Positions 46,706-56,830 of a DNA stretch of 64,000 nt are shown here, in pieces (position 1 is the stretch's first letter; the number at the start of each line of letters is the position of its first letter). A model generated the notes under the pieces. The model ran no database searches. It had not been told where the DNA came from and saw only the letters and a program-made list of their open reading frames with translations. The position numbers were made by a program, and so were the translations under genes. The stretch spans positions 32,001 to 96,000 of the forward strand of contig JAOZFN010000014.1 of NCBI GenBank assembly GCA_027492205.1, in the 5' to 3' direction. This DNA comes from Thermoproteota archaeon. Its GTDB lineage: Archaea > Korarchaeota > Korarchaeia > Korarchaeales > Korarchaeaceae.

Positions 46706-47557
46706 GTGCCTCACCTGGGAGATCACCTGAGCCGACTCTACAGCATCTGGCCCTGGCCTGCGGATCCCTGGAGTGAGGAGGGAAGGAGGAGGTACGAGGA
46801 GTCCATCAAGAAGTTCCATTCTCTCTTGGAGCACGATTGGCTCTCCCGCCAGGTCAGCGACAAGAAGACCGTGAGGATCTTAGACATCTGCGGGGGGACC
46901 GGGATAGGCGGGGTGGCCCTGGGCAAGGTCCTCTCGTCCAGAGGGCTCGGAGTGGAGCTCACGGTCGTGGACCTCCGGAGGGAGGCTCTAGAGGTCGCGG
47001 AGAGATTCGGGACCGAGGAGCTGGGTTCGGTCAGGGTAGAAATCGCCGACGCGACCAAGCTCTGGGAGCTCGGAGTGCAGGCCGATCTGGCGTTGATCTA
47101 CGGGTTCTCCACACCGCACTTCAACCCCTGGGACATGGTGAGGCTCCTGAGCTCCATCGCCGACTCCCTCTCCGACGACGGAGTTCTGATCATCGAGGAG
47201 GCGGACAGGACCTACACGATCTTCTACCTCAGAGGCTACAAGGAGTGGCTGGCCGAGGACGTCGGTGAGGACAGACTCTTCGTCACGGTCCACGCTGGCT
47301 ACGACTTCAGGAAGGGGGTCTTCAGGAGGGCCGCGGTGGAACTCCTGAAGGGCGTGGGACCCATATCCCACGAGGTGAGGCTCTGGGACCTCGCCGGCGT
47401 GATGGCCCTCGCCTGGGCCTTCTTCCAGGACGTGGACTTCGTGCCGGAGGAGAGGCCATGGAGCGGGTTCGTTCTCGCCAGGGCCCCGAGGAGGAAACTG
47501 GGCGCCGCCGACTTCGTCCAAACGCCAAAGGCCCTTTCGGAGGAGAAGGAGGGTTAG
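46706..47557 (+). CDS. Class I SAM-dependent methyltransferase
   Basis: ILDICGGTGIGG, VVDLR, ADA and L..DGVLII motifs; GTG start at 46706. Confidence 0.88.
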   Translation: MPHLGDHLSRLYSIWPWPADPWSEEGRRRYEESIKKFHSLLEHDWLSRQVSDKKTVRILDICGGTGIGGVALGKVLSSRGLGVELTVVDLRREALEVAERFGTEELGSVRVEIADATKLWELGVQADLALIYGFSTPHFNPWDMVRLLSSIADSLSDDGVLIIEEADRTYTIFYLRGYKEWLAEDVGEDRLFVTVHAGYDFRKGVFRRAAVELLKGVGPISHEVRLWDLAGVMALAWAFFQDVDFVPEERPWSGFVLARAPRRKLGAADFVQTPKALSEEKEG

Positions 47558-47561
47558 GCGG

Positions 47562-48203
47562 TTGGGAGAGGATTCCCTGAGCGAGTACGGGGCGCTGGTG
47601 GGCAGGATCTGCTGCGGGCCGCTCAGAAGCGTGTGCTACCTGGTTGTAGACCTCCGTGAGGGGGAGGCGGCGCTCGTGGACGCCGGCTGCCCGGCTGGGG
47701 AGGTGCTCGGGGCCTTAGGGGAGCTGGGAGTTGAGCTGAGGCTCGTGCTCCTCACCCACACACACTTCGACCACGTGGCGAGCGTCGGGGAGATCTGCGG
47801 ATCGACGGGGGCCAGGGCCGTCGCCCACCCCGCAGATGTGGAGATGCTCCCGAGGTACTGGGACTGGGGCGGAAAAGGGAACGCCCTCGACGTGGAGCCG
47901 GCTGTCGAGGATGGATCCGAGTTTTCCGTGGGGAGGCTGAGGGTCAGGGCCCTGCACACCCCAGGTCACACGCCGGGCAGCGTCTGCTACTTCTTAGAGG
48001 CGGAGGGCCTGCTGTTCACCGGCGACACGGTCTTCGCCGGGGCCGTGGGGAGGACGGACTTTGCGGGGGGCGACAAAACCAGGATGAAGGAGAGCCTGAG
48101 AAGGCTGCTGACCCTCCCCGACGAGACTGTGATCTTACCGGGGCACGGGCCCGAGACCACCCTCGGAGGAGAGCGGCGGTATCTGGAGTCCCTCCTGAGG
48201 TGA
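47562..48203 (+). CDS. MBL-fold metallohydrolase (glyoxalase II-like)
   Basis: THTHFDHV, HTPGHTPG, FTGD and PGHG motifs. Confidence 0.93.
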   Translation: MGEDSLSEYGALVGRICCGPLRSVCYLVVDLREGEAALVDAGCPAGEVLGALGELGVELRLVLLTHTHFDHVASVGEICGSTGARAVAHPADVEMLPRYWDWGGKGNALDVEPAVEDGSEFSVGRLRVRALHTPGHTPGSVCYFLEAEGLLFTGDTVFAGAVGRTDFAGGDKTRMKESLRRLLTLPDETVILPGHGPETTLGGERRYLESLLR

Positions 48204-48228
48204 ACGGGCTGGAGAGCGACCGCTTTTT

Positions 48229-49512
48229 ATGGGCCATCGGTCCGGCCACTCCGCCGGTCGGGGGTTCACCTTGCTCGAGGGTGTGAAGGACTCGATAAGG
48301 GGAAACGTTAGGGTGCTGATCGTCGTCTCCGCGCTCTCTGGAGCCTACGTAGCGATGATTGACGTCGTGACGCAGCCGATGCTCCTGGAGCTCGGGGCAT
48401 CCGTCTACACGATAGGGCTCCTGTTCACCCTCGGGGGATACAGCGGCCTGATCCCCACGCTAGTCCAGCCGATAGGAGGCGTGCTCTCAGACTCACTCGG
48501 CAGGAGGCCCTTCGTCCTTCTGATGCGTCTCGCTACGGCGGCCGCGATGGCCTGCTACCTGGCCGCAGCCCTAACCGGATCTCTTGGTCTCGCGCTGCTG
48601 GCGGTCTCTCTTCGGGCTCTCCGCGATCGGCTGGCCCGCCTGGGACGCCGCGGTCGCCGAGTCCTCCCCCGCCCACGGGAGGGGGGTAGCGTACAGCGCC
48701 GTCCTGCTAGCCGGAGTCGCGCCGAGCCTCCTGACGAGGCCCATCGGCGGTGTGCTGGCTGACAGAATTGGGTATTGGTCAGTCTACCTCGTCGGCCTCG
48801 CGGGAGAGGCTGCGTGCCTCGCAGTCCTCCTTTCGGCGTTCAGGGAGAGTGCCTCGACGGGAGATAGACAGGTGAGCTTGAGGGGGCTCCTCAGAAGGGT
48901 GTTCACGCCTTCCAAGGATCTCTGGAGGTTCTACATACTCACCGGGCTGGACTCGCTCCTATGGGGCGTGAGCATGGGCGTCCTGCCGGCCATCGTCGTC
49001 TCGCAGTTCGGGGTTAGCAACATCGAGCTCGGCGTCCTGACGACGGTCCTGAGCGCGACGATGATCGCCTCTCAGATCCCCGCGGGAGTCCTGATCGATC
49101 GGATCGGCCCCGTGAAGGTTCTCGCGCTGTCTCAGGCCCTGGGGTACCGCTGGCCGTGATCCTGCTCAGGGCAGAAGGGTTCGCCCACCTGATCCCGGCC
49201 TACGCGACTCTTGGCCTCGCCGCCTCCACTTGGGTCCCCACCACGAGGGCCTACCTCTCACTAGTTGTCGAATCGGACAACGTGGCTGGCTCGATGGGCA
49301 GGCTGAGTGCGTTTGGCGGCCTATTCGGCTTCGCCGCCCCAGCTCTGGGAGGAGCGCTCTACGAGCTCTACGGCCTGAAGGGTCCGGTGACAGTGACTCT
49401 GGCCGGCAGCCTAGCCCTGGCCGCGGGATTCGCCCTCCTCTTGGAAGAGGCGAAACGTCCAGCTGGGCAGGTTAATATCCCAGGATCAGAAGGCGAGCAG
49501 CGCTGGAGATGA
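48229..49512 (+). pseudogene. MFS transporter split by two frameshifts (near 48610 and 49145)
   Basis: GVLSDSLGRRP and GVLIDRIGP motif A in both halves; three overlapping ORFs together give about 12 TM helices. Confidence 0.8.
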
Positions 49513-49979
49513 AGAGACCCAAGAATTTCTCGTGGGTGACGGAGCACCTCGCCGGCTCAGCCCTGCCGGTTAGCAGGGAGGAGATAGAGTACATGAAGAA
49601 GGTAGGTGTCAGGGCCATAATCTCCCTCGACACGGACCTGCCTAGGGGAGTGGTCGAGGCCATCAGGGAGTTCGGCATCAAGCACTACTTGGAGGAGGTG
49701 GAGGACCTAAGGGCCCCCACGCTCGAGCAGATGGAGCGAATCGTCAAGATAATTGACGAACACGTGTCTAGGGGAGAAAAGGTGGTCGTCCACTGTTACG
49801 CCGGCTGTGGGCGGACTGGGACGATCTTGGCGGCCTACTTGGTGTACACGGGGGCCGACCCGCGGGAGGCTATTGACTACGTCAGGTCTCTCAGGCCTTG
49901 CTCCATCGAGACTTACCCACAGGAGATGGCGATAGAGTACTTCGCCCGTTACTTGAGGTCTCAGAGGAGGGAAGAGTGA
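49509..49979 (+). CDS. Dual-specificity protein phosphatase
   Basis: VHCYAGCGRTG (HCx5R) active site; VEDLRAP; RPCSIET. Confidence 0.93.
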   Translation: MKRPKNFSWVTEHLAGSALPVSREEIEYMKKVGVRAIISLDTDLPRGVVEAIREFGIKHYLEEVEDLRAPTLEQMERIVKIIDEHVSRGEKVVVHCYAGCGRTGTILAAYLVYTGADPREAIDYVRSLRPCSIETYPQEMAIEYFARYLRSQRREE

Positions 49980-50060
49980 GCGGGCTCCCCAGAGGAGTGT
50001 CCAAAGTACGCATACCCATCTTCGGGATCTGTCCCTCATTCCAGCAGATCCGCACGCTAG

Positions 50061-50537
50061 ATGTCGACTAGTGCAGATATTTCCGACTGGGAAGTTGCCC
50101 CGCCCTCCGTTACTATGTCGAGCCGCGGCAGATCCCCGGAAGGGCCTCTGAGAGTCTACATCAAGAAGGTCGGTCCGGGGGGTGTCACCAGCCGGATCCT
50201 GATCTCCACCTCCCGGTGCCCAAGCTGCCGAGCCCCCCTAGTTGTAGACTGGGCGTCGAGATCCGCGATTTGCGAGTCCTGCGGATGGTCGGCGGAACTG
50301 GCGGATTCCCACGTATTTGAGAGGGCGGCCGAACTCACGAGGAAGTCCGGTGATCTCCTCAGGGAGGCCGCAACGCTCCTCATCCGCCTTCCAGCCCTAT
50401 TTGGGAGGCTGGACGCGGCGTCCGCGCTGGCGCGTAGCTTATTCTCCCAGCTGCGGAGCCTCGCCGAACTTGCGGAAGAGGACGAGGTAGAGAGACTTGA
50501 GCGGGCAGAGCCGGGATGCGGAGAGGCAGAACGCTAA
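50061..50537 (+). CDS. Hypothetical zinc-ribbon protein
   Basis: CPSC...CESC followed by a helical C-terminus. Confidence 0.55.
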   Translation: MSTSADISDWEVAPPSVTMSSRGRSPEGPLRVYIKKVGPGGVTSRILISTSRCPSCRAPLVVDWASRSAICESCGWSAELADSHVFERAAELTRKSGDLLREAATLLIRLPALFGRLDAASALARSLFSQLRSLAELAEEDEVERLERAEPGCGEAER

Positions 50538-50565
50538 AGACATCATATGTGGCGGTTGGAAAGAC

Positions 50566-50949
50566 ATGGGCAGTCTCCAGGTAGAGGCCCTGAGGGCGGC
50601 GATTGAGGAGCTGGCCCACCTATACCGGATCAGGCTGGCCGTGCTGTTCGGCTCCCTGGCCAGGGGAGAGGCCAACAATCTGAGCGATGTGGATCTCGCC
50701 GTCCTCTGTGACTGCGACGTCTTGGAGCTGGCCGAGGAGCTGGAGAGAAGGGGGGTGAAAGTGGACATCGTGGACTTGGAAACAGCGCCCCCCGTCTTGG
50801 CCTACCTGGTGGCCAGGGATGGCGTGCTCCTCTACGGCGACGAGTGGGACTTCCACGAGTTCATGTCGAGGGCTGTCAGGATGTACTTGGACTTCAAGAG
50901 AATCTTGGAGCCTCACACGGCCAGGGCCAGGCTATACGTGGGGGTCTGA
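50566..50949 (+). CDS. mntA: MntA-type nucleotidyltransferase antitoxin
   Basis: LFGSLARGEANNLSDVDLAV and VDIVDL motifs. Confidence 0.9.
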   Translation: MGSLQVEALRAAIEELAHLYRIRLAVLFGSLARGEANNLSDVDLAVLCDCDVLELAEELERRGVKVDIVDLETAPPVLAYLVARDGVLLYGDEWDFHEFMSRAVRMYLDFKRILEPHTARARLYVGV

Positions 50950-50950
50950 A

Positions 50951-51373
50951 TTGGGGGAGAGGGTAAACGCGCGAATAAGGGTGCTAGAGTCAGCCCTCAG
51001 GAGACTCGAGGAGGTCTCGACAATGAGCCTCGAGGACTTCCTGAGGGACAGGTTCGCGCCGGCAGCCACCGAGAGGAGCTTCCAAGTGGCCATCGAGGTG
51101 GTGATAGACTTGGCCAACATGCTTGCATCCAAGGTCGGGAGGAGGTCGCCCGATACCTACGCGGATGTGTTCAGGGTCCTCGGCGAGGCGGGAAGCTTAA
51201 GTCCCAGGTTGGTGGAAGAGGGGATAGGAATGGCCAGGTTCAGAAATCTGCTAGTGCACGCGTATGCCGCGATGGATCCCGCCAGAGTTCACGCGATGGC
51301 GCGGGAGAAGGTGAGCGTCCTCCGCGAGCTGTCCTCAACCCTGGCCAGACAGCTCGAGGAGCTTGGGGCGTAG
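50951..51373 (+). CDS. hepT: DUF86/HepT RNase toxin
   Basis: ER.FQVAIE..ID, P.TYAD.F and FRNLLVHAY (Rx4HxY) motifs; TTG at 50951. Confidence 0.9.
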   Translation: MGERVNARIRVLESALRRLEEVSTMSLEDFLRDRFAPAATERSFQVAIEVVIDLANMLASKVGRRSPDTYADVFRVLGEAGSLSPRLVEEGIGMARFRNLLVHAYAAMDPARVHAMAREKVSVLRELSSTLARQLEELGA

Positions 51374-51448
51374 CCGAAAGCGGGTGAGCCCTCAATAGGG
51401 GACGGCTCCCACCCACCGACCTCTCGGGTGGCTCTGGTCACGACGCCC

Positions 51449-52290
51449 TCACCGAAGCGCGCCCACGAAGTTCTCGATGAGGGAATTCAGCAGGTCCGGC
51501 TTCTCGTAGAGTATCAGATGTCCCGCCCCATCCACCACGACCAGCTCGGAGTTCGGGATCAGCTCGGCTATCCTCCTGCTCTGATCCACAGGGGTAACCC
51601 TGTCGTCCCTCGCCACAACCACCAGCGTCGGGCACTTCACCTCGCCCAGCCAAGGTTCCGCGTTGTAGCCCCTCAGCATCTCCGAGTACCTGTGCACGTG
51701 GGCCGGGAGGCCCGAGATGTAGTCGGCGTTGTCCTCCATGAACTCCTCAAACGCCTTGGGCGGGCTCTTGGGGCTGAAGAATAGCCTCCTGTAGAAGCCG
51801 ATCGTGAACCTGTTGGGCCTGAAGAGCAGGGGCTGCCAGAGGATAGCCGGCAGGCGCCTAACTATCCACTCCACGGCGCCGCCCGAGTGCCTCACCGCGC
51901 TCCCAACCAGGATCAGCCCCTTCAGGTCCCTCCCCCGGGCGAACGCCTGGGCGACCATGCCGCCGAAGCTGTGGCCCACGAGGACGGCATCCTCGGGCCC
52001 GATCCCCAACCGGCCCATGACCTCCCCGAGGTCCAGCAGGTAGTCCTCGAAGGTGACCCTCTCGGGCTTGTCCGACTCTCCGTACCCCCTCATGTCGTAC
52101 GCGACGATCCTCCAGCGCCTCTCCAGCCGCTCGATCTGGTACCTCCAGTTCGTGAGCTGCCCTGGCACGCCGCGCAGCAGGATCAGCGTGATTGGGTCGT
52201 CGTAAGAGAGCCTCTCCGCCGAGTCGTACAGCCCAGCCTGATCCCCCTGACGCTCAGGAACCTCTCATGGGTCGGCCTCCAGGGCACGCG
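51449..52290 (-). CDS. Alpha/beta hydrolase with a probable N-terminal frameshift near 52235
   Basis: DMRGYGES, GHSFGG, DRVTP and GAGHL motifs; ERFLSVRGIRL lies upstream in another frame. Confidence 0.85.
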
Positions 52291-52360
52291 CCTGCAGGAT
52301 AGGAAACGTGATAAGGGCAACGGTGGCTCCTTTTTAAAGCCGGCGGGGGCGCTTGCTTCG

Positions 52361-53011
52361 ATGCACTCAATGGTCGTCGACCTTCGCTCCCCGAGGGAGT
52401 GGAGGAGGAAGATTCAGCTGTTCACGTCGAGCCTGGAGTCCGCCCTCGGCGGCAGGCTCATCATGGTCGTCGCCCTGCCCTCCCCCGCGGACACCCTGTA
52501 CGACTCAAACGTCCTGGTCGTCCTCGACGAGCTGAGGCCCGGCGACCTGGAGGCCGTGGCGTCCCTGACCCCGGAGGGGGTCAGCCCTCTCGTCGTTCCG
52601 GAGGACGACAGGCAGGCGGTGGAGGCGTTCAGCTCATACGAGGCCCCGCCCGACGACTGGGGAGAGGAGCTGGACAGCTTCCTCTCCCGCCTGGTCGAGA
52701 GGTTCGGCGGCAGGCTCATCATGGTCGTCGCCCTGCCCTCCCCCGCGGACACCCTGTACGACTCAAACGTCCTGGTCGTCCTCGACGAGCTGAGGCCCGG
52801 CGACCTGGAGGCCGTGGCGTCCCTGACCCCGGAGGGGGTCAGCCCTCTCGTCGTTCCGGAGGACGACAGGCAGGCGGTGGAGGCGTTCAGCTTGGCCGGG
52901 GGACGGAGGCTGTGGGGGCGCTCAGATGGCGGCCGGGCGGCGGAGACTGATCGGAGGCCGCTCCTCGGAGGGGGTACCCCTGGGTCTCAGGGAGAAGTCC
53001 AAGAGGCTTGA
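52361..53011 (+). CDS. Tandem degenerate nucleotidyltransferase-fold protein (antitoxin-like)
   Basis: Two copies of LIMVVALPSPADTLYDSNVLVVL; TTTTTAAA box at 52331-38; lies upstream of a HEPN gene. Confidence 0.65.
   Translation: MHSMVVDLRSPREWRRKIQLFTSSLESALGGRLIMVVALPSPADTLYDSNVLVVLDELRPGDLEAVASLTPEGVSPLVVPEDDRQAVEAFSSYEAPPDDWGEELDSFLSRLVERFGGRLIMVVALPSPADTLYDSNVLVVLDELRPGDLEAVASLTPEGVSPLVVPEDDRQAVEAFSLAGGRRLWGRSDGGRAAETDRRPLLGGGTPGSQGEVQEA
52446..52892. repeat. 189-bp perfect direct repeat (52446-52634 and 52704-52892)
   Basis: Identical sequence with a 258-bp period. Confidence 0.95.
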
Positions 53012-53330
53012 GGAAGAGGCGCTCGAGGACCTCAGGGTCGGGTGTTACAACAAGGCGGTCTCGGCCGCCTACTTCGCGGTCAGGTTGGCCGCTGAGTCTA
53101 AGCTCAGGGGGCTCAGGACGAGGAGGGACGACAAGGTAGCGAACGCGCTGGCGAGGGTCCTCTCCAGGACGCTCGGAGAAGAGGGTGCCGAGCTGGTGAG
53201 GAGGGAGTACCTGTCTCTCTTTGAGGCTAGGAAGCTCGCGGACCACAGGCCGTATCTGTTCTCCAGGGAAGAGGCCGAGGACGTGGTCTCCAGGGCGAGA
53301 AAGCTCCTTCGGGTAATCGAGGAGATCTAG
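52926..53330 (+). CDS. HEPN domain protein
   Basis: A..DL..G.YNKAVSAAYFA, LFEARKLADH and A...V..A motifs. Confidence 0.85.
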   Translation: MAAGRRRLIGGRSSEGVPLGLREKSKRLEEEALEDLRVGCYNKAVSAAYFAVRLAAESKLRGLRTRRDDKVANALARVLSRTLGEEGAELVRREYLSLFEARKLADHRPYLFSREEAEDVVSRARKLLRVIEEI

Positions 53331-53334
53331 AGGC

Positions 53335-53960
53335 CACCCCTAGCCGCCTCCTCGGCCATCCCGGAGAGCCGGAGGAGGTTCTCCCTGAACTCCGATATCT
53401 GCTCGGGCGTTATGAGGCTCCTCGCGTCAGGGTCGCCGAGCATCGCGGCGAGCCACCCAGCCCCGTTGGCCGCCTCCAAAACCCCTCCTCCCCGAGGCCG
53501 AGGTCCCTCAGGGCGAGGTAGGCGGATGTGAGGGGGAGCCTCAGCCTCCCCAGCTAGTCCGCGGCGGCCGTGAGGTTCCGGTCGAGGAACTCGGCCGCCC
53601 TCCGGGCCGACTCGGAGACCCTCGCGAGGAGGTCCGAGAGGTTTACTCTAGAGGGCTCTCCGGGCAGCAGCTCAACGACGGCGTCGGTCCCCCCTGGCTA
53701 GGACTCGGAGGTTTCCAAGGTCCACGCTCTCCCCCTCCGGAAGCCTAACGACCAGGAACCTGACGTTCTCCCCGATCGCGGCCCCAGTTTCCGGGGGCTA
53801 CACCTCGTCCCACATGCCCGCGTCGATCCTTGTCGGGGCGAACACCGCGACCGCGCAGCCCATCTCCCGCTGTCGAAGTGGACCACCTCCCCCTCCCTCA
53901 CGCCCGCTGCAACGAGAGAGGCCGCGATCTCGCCGGCGTCCGTCCACGTGAAACCGCTCC
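53335..53960 (-). pseudogene. Decayed gene of unknown family
   Basis: Protein-like segments (DAGEIAASLVAAGV; NLSDLLARVSESARRAAEFLDRNL; ITPEQISEFRENLLRL) interrupted by several stop codons and frameshifts. Confidence 0.5.
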
Positions 53961-53963
53961 CGG

Positions 53964-55937
53964 TCACGTCCTCGGGGTTCGCGTTCGCGAGGAGACGTAC
54001 CGGAGCCTCTCGGCCTCCCACCTCAGGTAGAGCTGGGTGACCTCGTCGAAGGTCATCCAGACGACCCTGCCGTCGGCCACGAGCGGGTCGACGACCTCCA
54101 TCAGCCAACGGTCGTACGCCTGGAGAACCCTTCCGACCTCGTCCTCGCTCGCGCCAGTCTGGTAGAGATGTGAGCTGGCCCACCAGACGTTGACGAACCT
54201 CTCGTCCACCGAGGACAGTGCCCTCATCAGCGACTCCGTCGCGTCTTGGAAGCAGTCGCCGCCGGACCTGCAGTCCACCTCGAAGTCCCCGGAGTTCCAA
54301 AACCAACCGGGGATGTAGACCAGCCCGCCCGAGTCGTCGTGGACCATCCACCTGGGGTCGGAGAGGTCGATCATCTGCGTCGGGGGCAGGATCCAGGGAT
54401 GGAGCCACGTCGGCGCCCTGCCCGTCTGCTGGTGGTAGGGCTTCTCCACGGCCGTCATGGACGAGAACCACAGCCCTCCCCTCACCGCGCCGAGGAGGCA
54501 GACGTTGTCCATCTCGAACCCTCCCCCGAGGTTCGTCGGCTCCGAGCCGAGGGCCAGGGCCACCGCCTCCTTGACCTCCCGGGTGTAGGCGAGCTTCTGT
54601 GCGTCGGTCGTCAGCCCCAGCTCCCTCATGTGGTGCCCCATGTGGCTCTGAACGCCGACCCCGTGTCCCCTCGAGACCAGGTCCCTGAGCACGAGCCTGT
54701 TGAACAGCACGTCGGCGCGCGCGAAGTTCTTCTCGGTCTGCACGGAGAGCTTCGCTCCGTGTGCCTCGAACGTCGAGGCAAGCCTGTCGAGCACCTCCGC
54801 GTACCACTCGAAGGTCGACCTGTCCTGATCGTAGTAGGTGCCCCTGCCGGGGCCCTCCTCGATGTGGAGTTGGAAGGCGACCACGAGGACGGGCCGGGGG
54901 CAGTCGAACGGGCTGTTCTCCCACGTTTCGCCCGTGCCGCACACCCCGTCCCCGCCGTTCGCCGGGATGTCAACCCCCAAGATATTCATCAGCGTCTTCT
55001 TGAACTCCTGAGGGGCTTCTGAGGCGAAGAACTCTCTCGCCTCTTCGAAGTACTCCTCCAGGGGCATGGAGTGACCCCTGTCGTGCCAGAAGATCTTCCT
55101 CTCGGCCGCCCGTATTGCCGCGTTGTAGGCCTTGACGCATGCCTCTGGCGTCAGGAGGTTGTCCCTCAGACCGCAGTGGAAGTGTACCCTGCCCTCGTAG
55201 TTGGGGAGGAGGTAGAGCGGATCTATCTCCCTGAGCACCGAGTCGTCGTCCAGCCAAGAGTGCCACTGGCCCACCCGGCCGTAGGTGAACACGTACCTCA
55301 GGTCGGCCGACGCGAGGAGGAGTTCGGCCTTGTCTATCCTCGCGCCGCCGCCCAGGGCCACGGCCGAGACTATGCTCCCGAGGCTCCTGGAGACGAGGTA
55401 GACCTCCGAGGCCCCCTGAGCCCTCAGGTACTCGGCAGCGATGACAATCTCGCTGGCTCCCTGCCTTATGAGGTCTGGCAGGACCTCCCCTCCTAGGAAG
55501 GGACCCCTCTCCCCGTGATACGGGAGGTCGAATGCGAAGACTGCGTATCCCAGGCCCTCAAAGGCCTCCATGTCCCGTTCCCAGGTTTCCTTGCTTCCAC
55601 CCAGCCCGTGCACGAAGATGATGGCCTTTCCGTTCCACCGAGGGGGTACCCTGTATACGTGCGGTATGGCCGAGACCGCAGACTCCAGGTCTCCCGCTAC
55701 CCCAGGTCCCTCCGTGGGACTGGGCGAGGTCTTCGGGTGCTTCCCCCCACCGGGCCCCCTGGTCGGGGCCTGGGCCTCCGGCTGTCCGGTCGTCTGGACT
55801 GGGGAGGGAGCAGGAGAGGGCTCTGGCGTTCGCTCTCCCCCGCGACCCAACCTGACCGGGACCAGGTGGACCGCGAGGGCCGCGCCGAGCGCGGCGAGGA
55901 GCAGGGCGGCCGACAGCAGGAGAGCGCCTCGACTCAT
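53964..55937 (-). CDS. Membrane-anchored alpha/beta esterase fused to a polysaccharide-deacetylase-like barrel
   Basis: N-terminal TM, PT linker, VHGLGG, SRSLG, D and GH triad; GDGVC..GE.....P.DC linker; HIE and GHGVGVQSH motifs. Confidence 0.7.
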   Translation of the reverse strand: MSRGALLLSAALLLAALGAALAVHLVPVRLGRGGERTPEPSPAPSPVQTTGQPEAQAPTRGPGGGKHPKTSPSPTEGPGVAGDLESAVSAIPHVYRVPPRWNGKAIIFVHGLGGSKETWERDMEAFEGLGYAVFAFDLPYHGERGPFLGGEVLPDLIRQGASEIVIAAEYLRAQGASEVYLVSRSLGSIVSAVALGGGARIDKAELLLASADLRYVFTYGRVGQWHSWLDDDSVLREIDPLYLLPNYEGRVHFHCGLRDNLLTPEACVKAYNAAIRAAERKIFWHDRGHSMPLEEYFEEAREFFASEAPQEFKKTLMNILGVDIPANGGDGVCGTGETWENSPFDCPRPVLVVAFQLHIEEGPGRGTYYDQDRSTFEWYAEVLDRLASTFEAHGAKLSVQTEKNFARADVLFNRLVLRDLVSRGHGVGVQSHMGHHMRELGLTTDAQKLAYTREVKEAVALALGSEPTNLGGGFEMDNVCLLGAVRGGLWFSSMTAVEKPYHQQTGRAPTWLHPWILPPTQMIDLSDPRWMVHDDSGGLVYIPGWFWNSGDFEVDCRSGGDCFQDATESLMRALSSVDERFVNVWWASSHLYQTGASEDEVGRVLQAYDRWLMEVVDPLVADGRVVWMTFDEVTQLYLRWEAERLRYVSSRTRTPRT

Positions 55938-56028
55938 CGCGAACCCCGGATCCGAACATTTACCAACTTTCAGGACCATGGGTATAGACCCGTTGAGCCC
56001 AAGTCCGGGGAAGGCGGGGGGAGGGAGT

Positions 56029-56829
56029 TCACCAGAACCCTATCGCCCTCACCCCGTTCCTCCTTATCCACCGGATGGCCCACTTGGTGGCCCAGGCCGC
56101 GACGACCGCCATGGCCAGCGCCTCAACTCCAGCGACCGCCAGCGCCGCGTACTCCAGCCCCTCCCCCGCTCCAGCGGCCAGCTTCACCAGGTGCGCCGGG
56201 GCGACGTAGGGTATGCAGAGGAAGACGGGTCTCAGGGCCTCAGGTAGAGCCTGCACCGGGACCATCAGGAGTCCTACGACGACGAAGTTCAGTATCTCTA
56301 GGAGGTTGTTGGGCACGCTGGTTCTCACGGCAATTGAGGCCACGGTGAACCCGTAGGAGAGACTCTGAACGGCCAGCAGCCCCATGCCCGCCAGGAGGAG
56401 CCAGAGGCTCTCCGTGTGCAGGAGGTTAACGTGGAAGGCCCCTCCGACCAGCGCCGCCATGAAGAGGAGCGACGCCACGACCACCGAGAGGCCAGTCACC
56501 ACCCTGCCGAGGAGCGTCCTGAAGGGGGAGAACCCCCTGACCAGGTGCTCCTCCACCATCCCTATCGAGATGAAGAAGTTCATCCAACCCCCCACCAGCG
56601 ACGAGAAGTTTGACACGAAGCTCCAGGCCACTATCGTCCAGAAGGCGCCCTTGACCGCGACCCCCAGCCTCTCGCTGGGGACGAAGAGCAGGGCGCCGAG
56701 GACGAACATGAAGATCCACGCCGCCTCCGAGAGGATCATGTTCAGAAAGGAGTACCTGTACCTCCACAGCCTCAGGGTGTGGAGCCAGAGCACGGCCTTC
56801 ACCTTGACTAGGTCCTCTCGAACCGGCAA
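56029..56829 (-). CDS. ABC-2 type exporter permease
   Basis: Six TM helices, LPEALRP..L.IP; in an operon with the ATPase. Confidence 0.85.
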   Translation of the reverse strand: MPVREDLVKVKAVLWLHTLRLWRYRYSFLNMILSEAAWIFMFVLGALLFVPSERLGVAVKGAFWTIVAWSFVSNFSSLVGGWMNFFISIGMVEEHLVRGFSPFRTLLGRVVTGLSVVVASLLFMAALVGGAFHVNLLHTESLWLLLAGMGLLAVQSLSYGFTVASIAVRTSVPNNLLEILNFVVVGLLMVPVQALPEALRPVFLCIPYVAPAHLVKLAAGAGEGLEYAALAVAGVEALAMAVVAAWATKWAIRWIRRNGVRAIGFW

Positions 56830-56830
56830 C

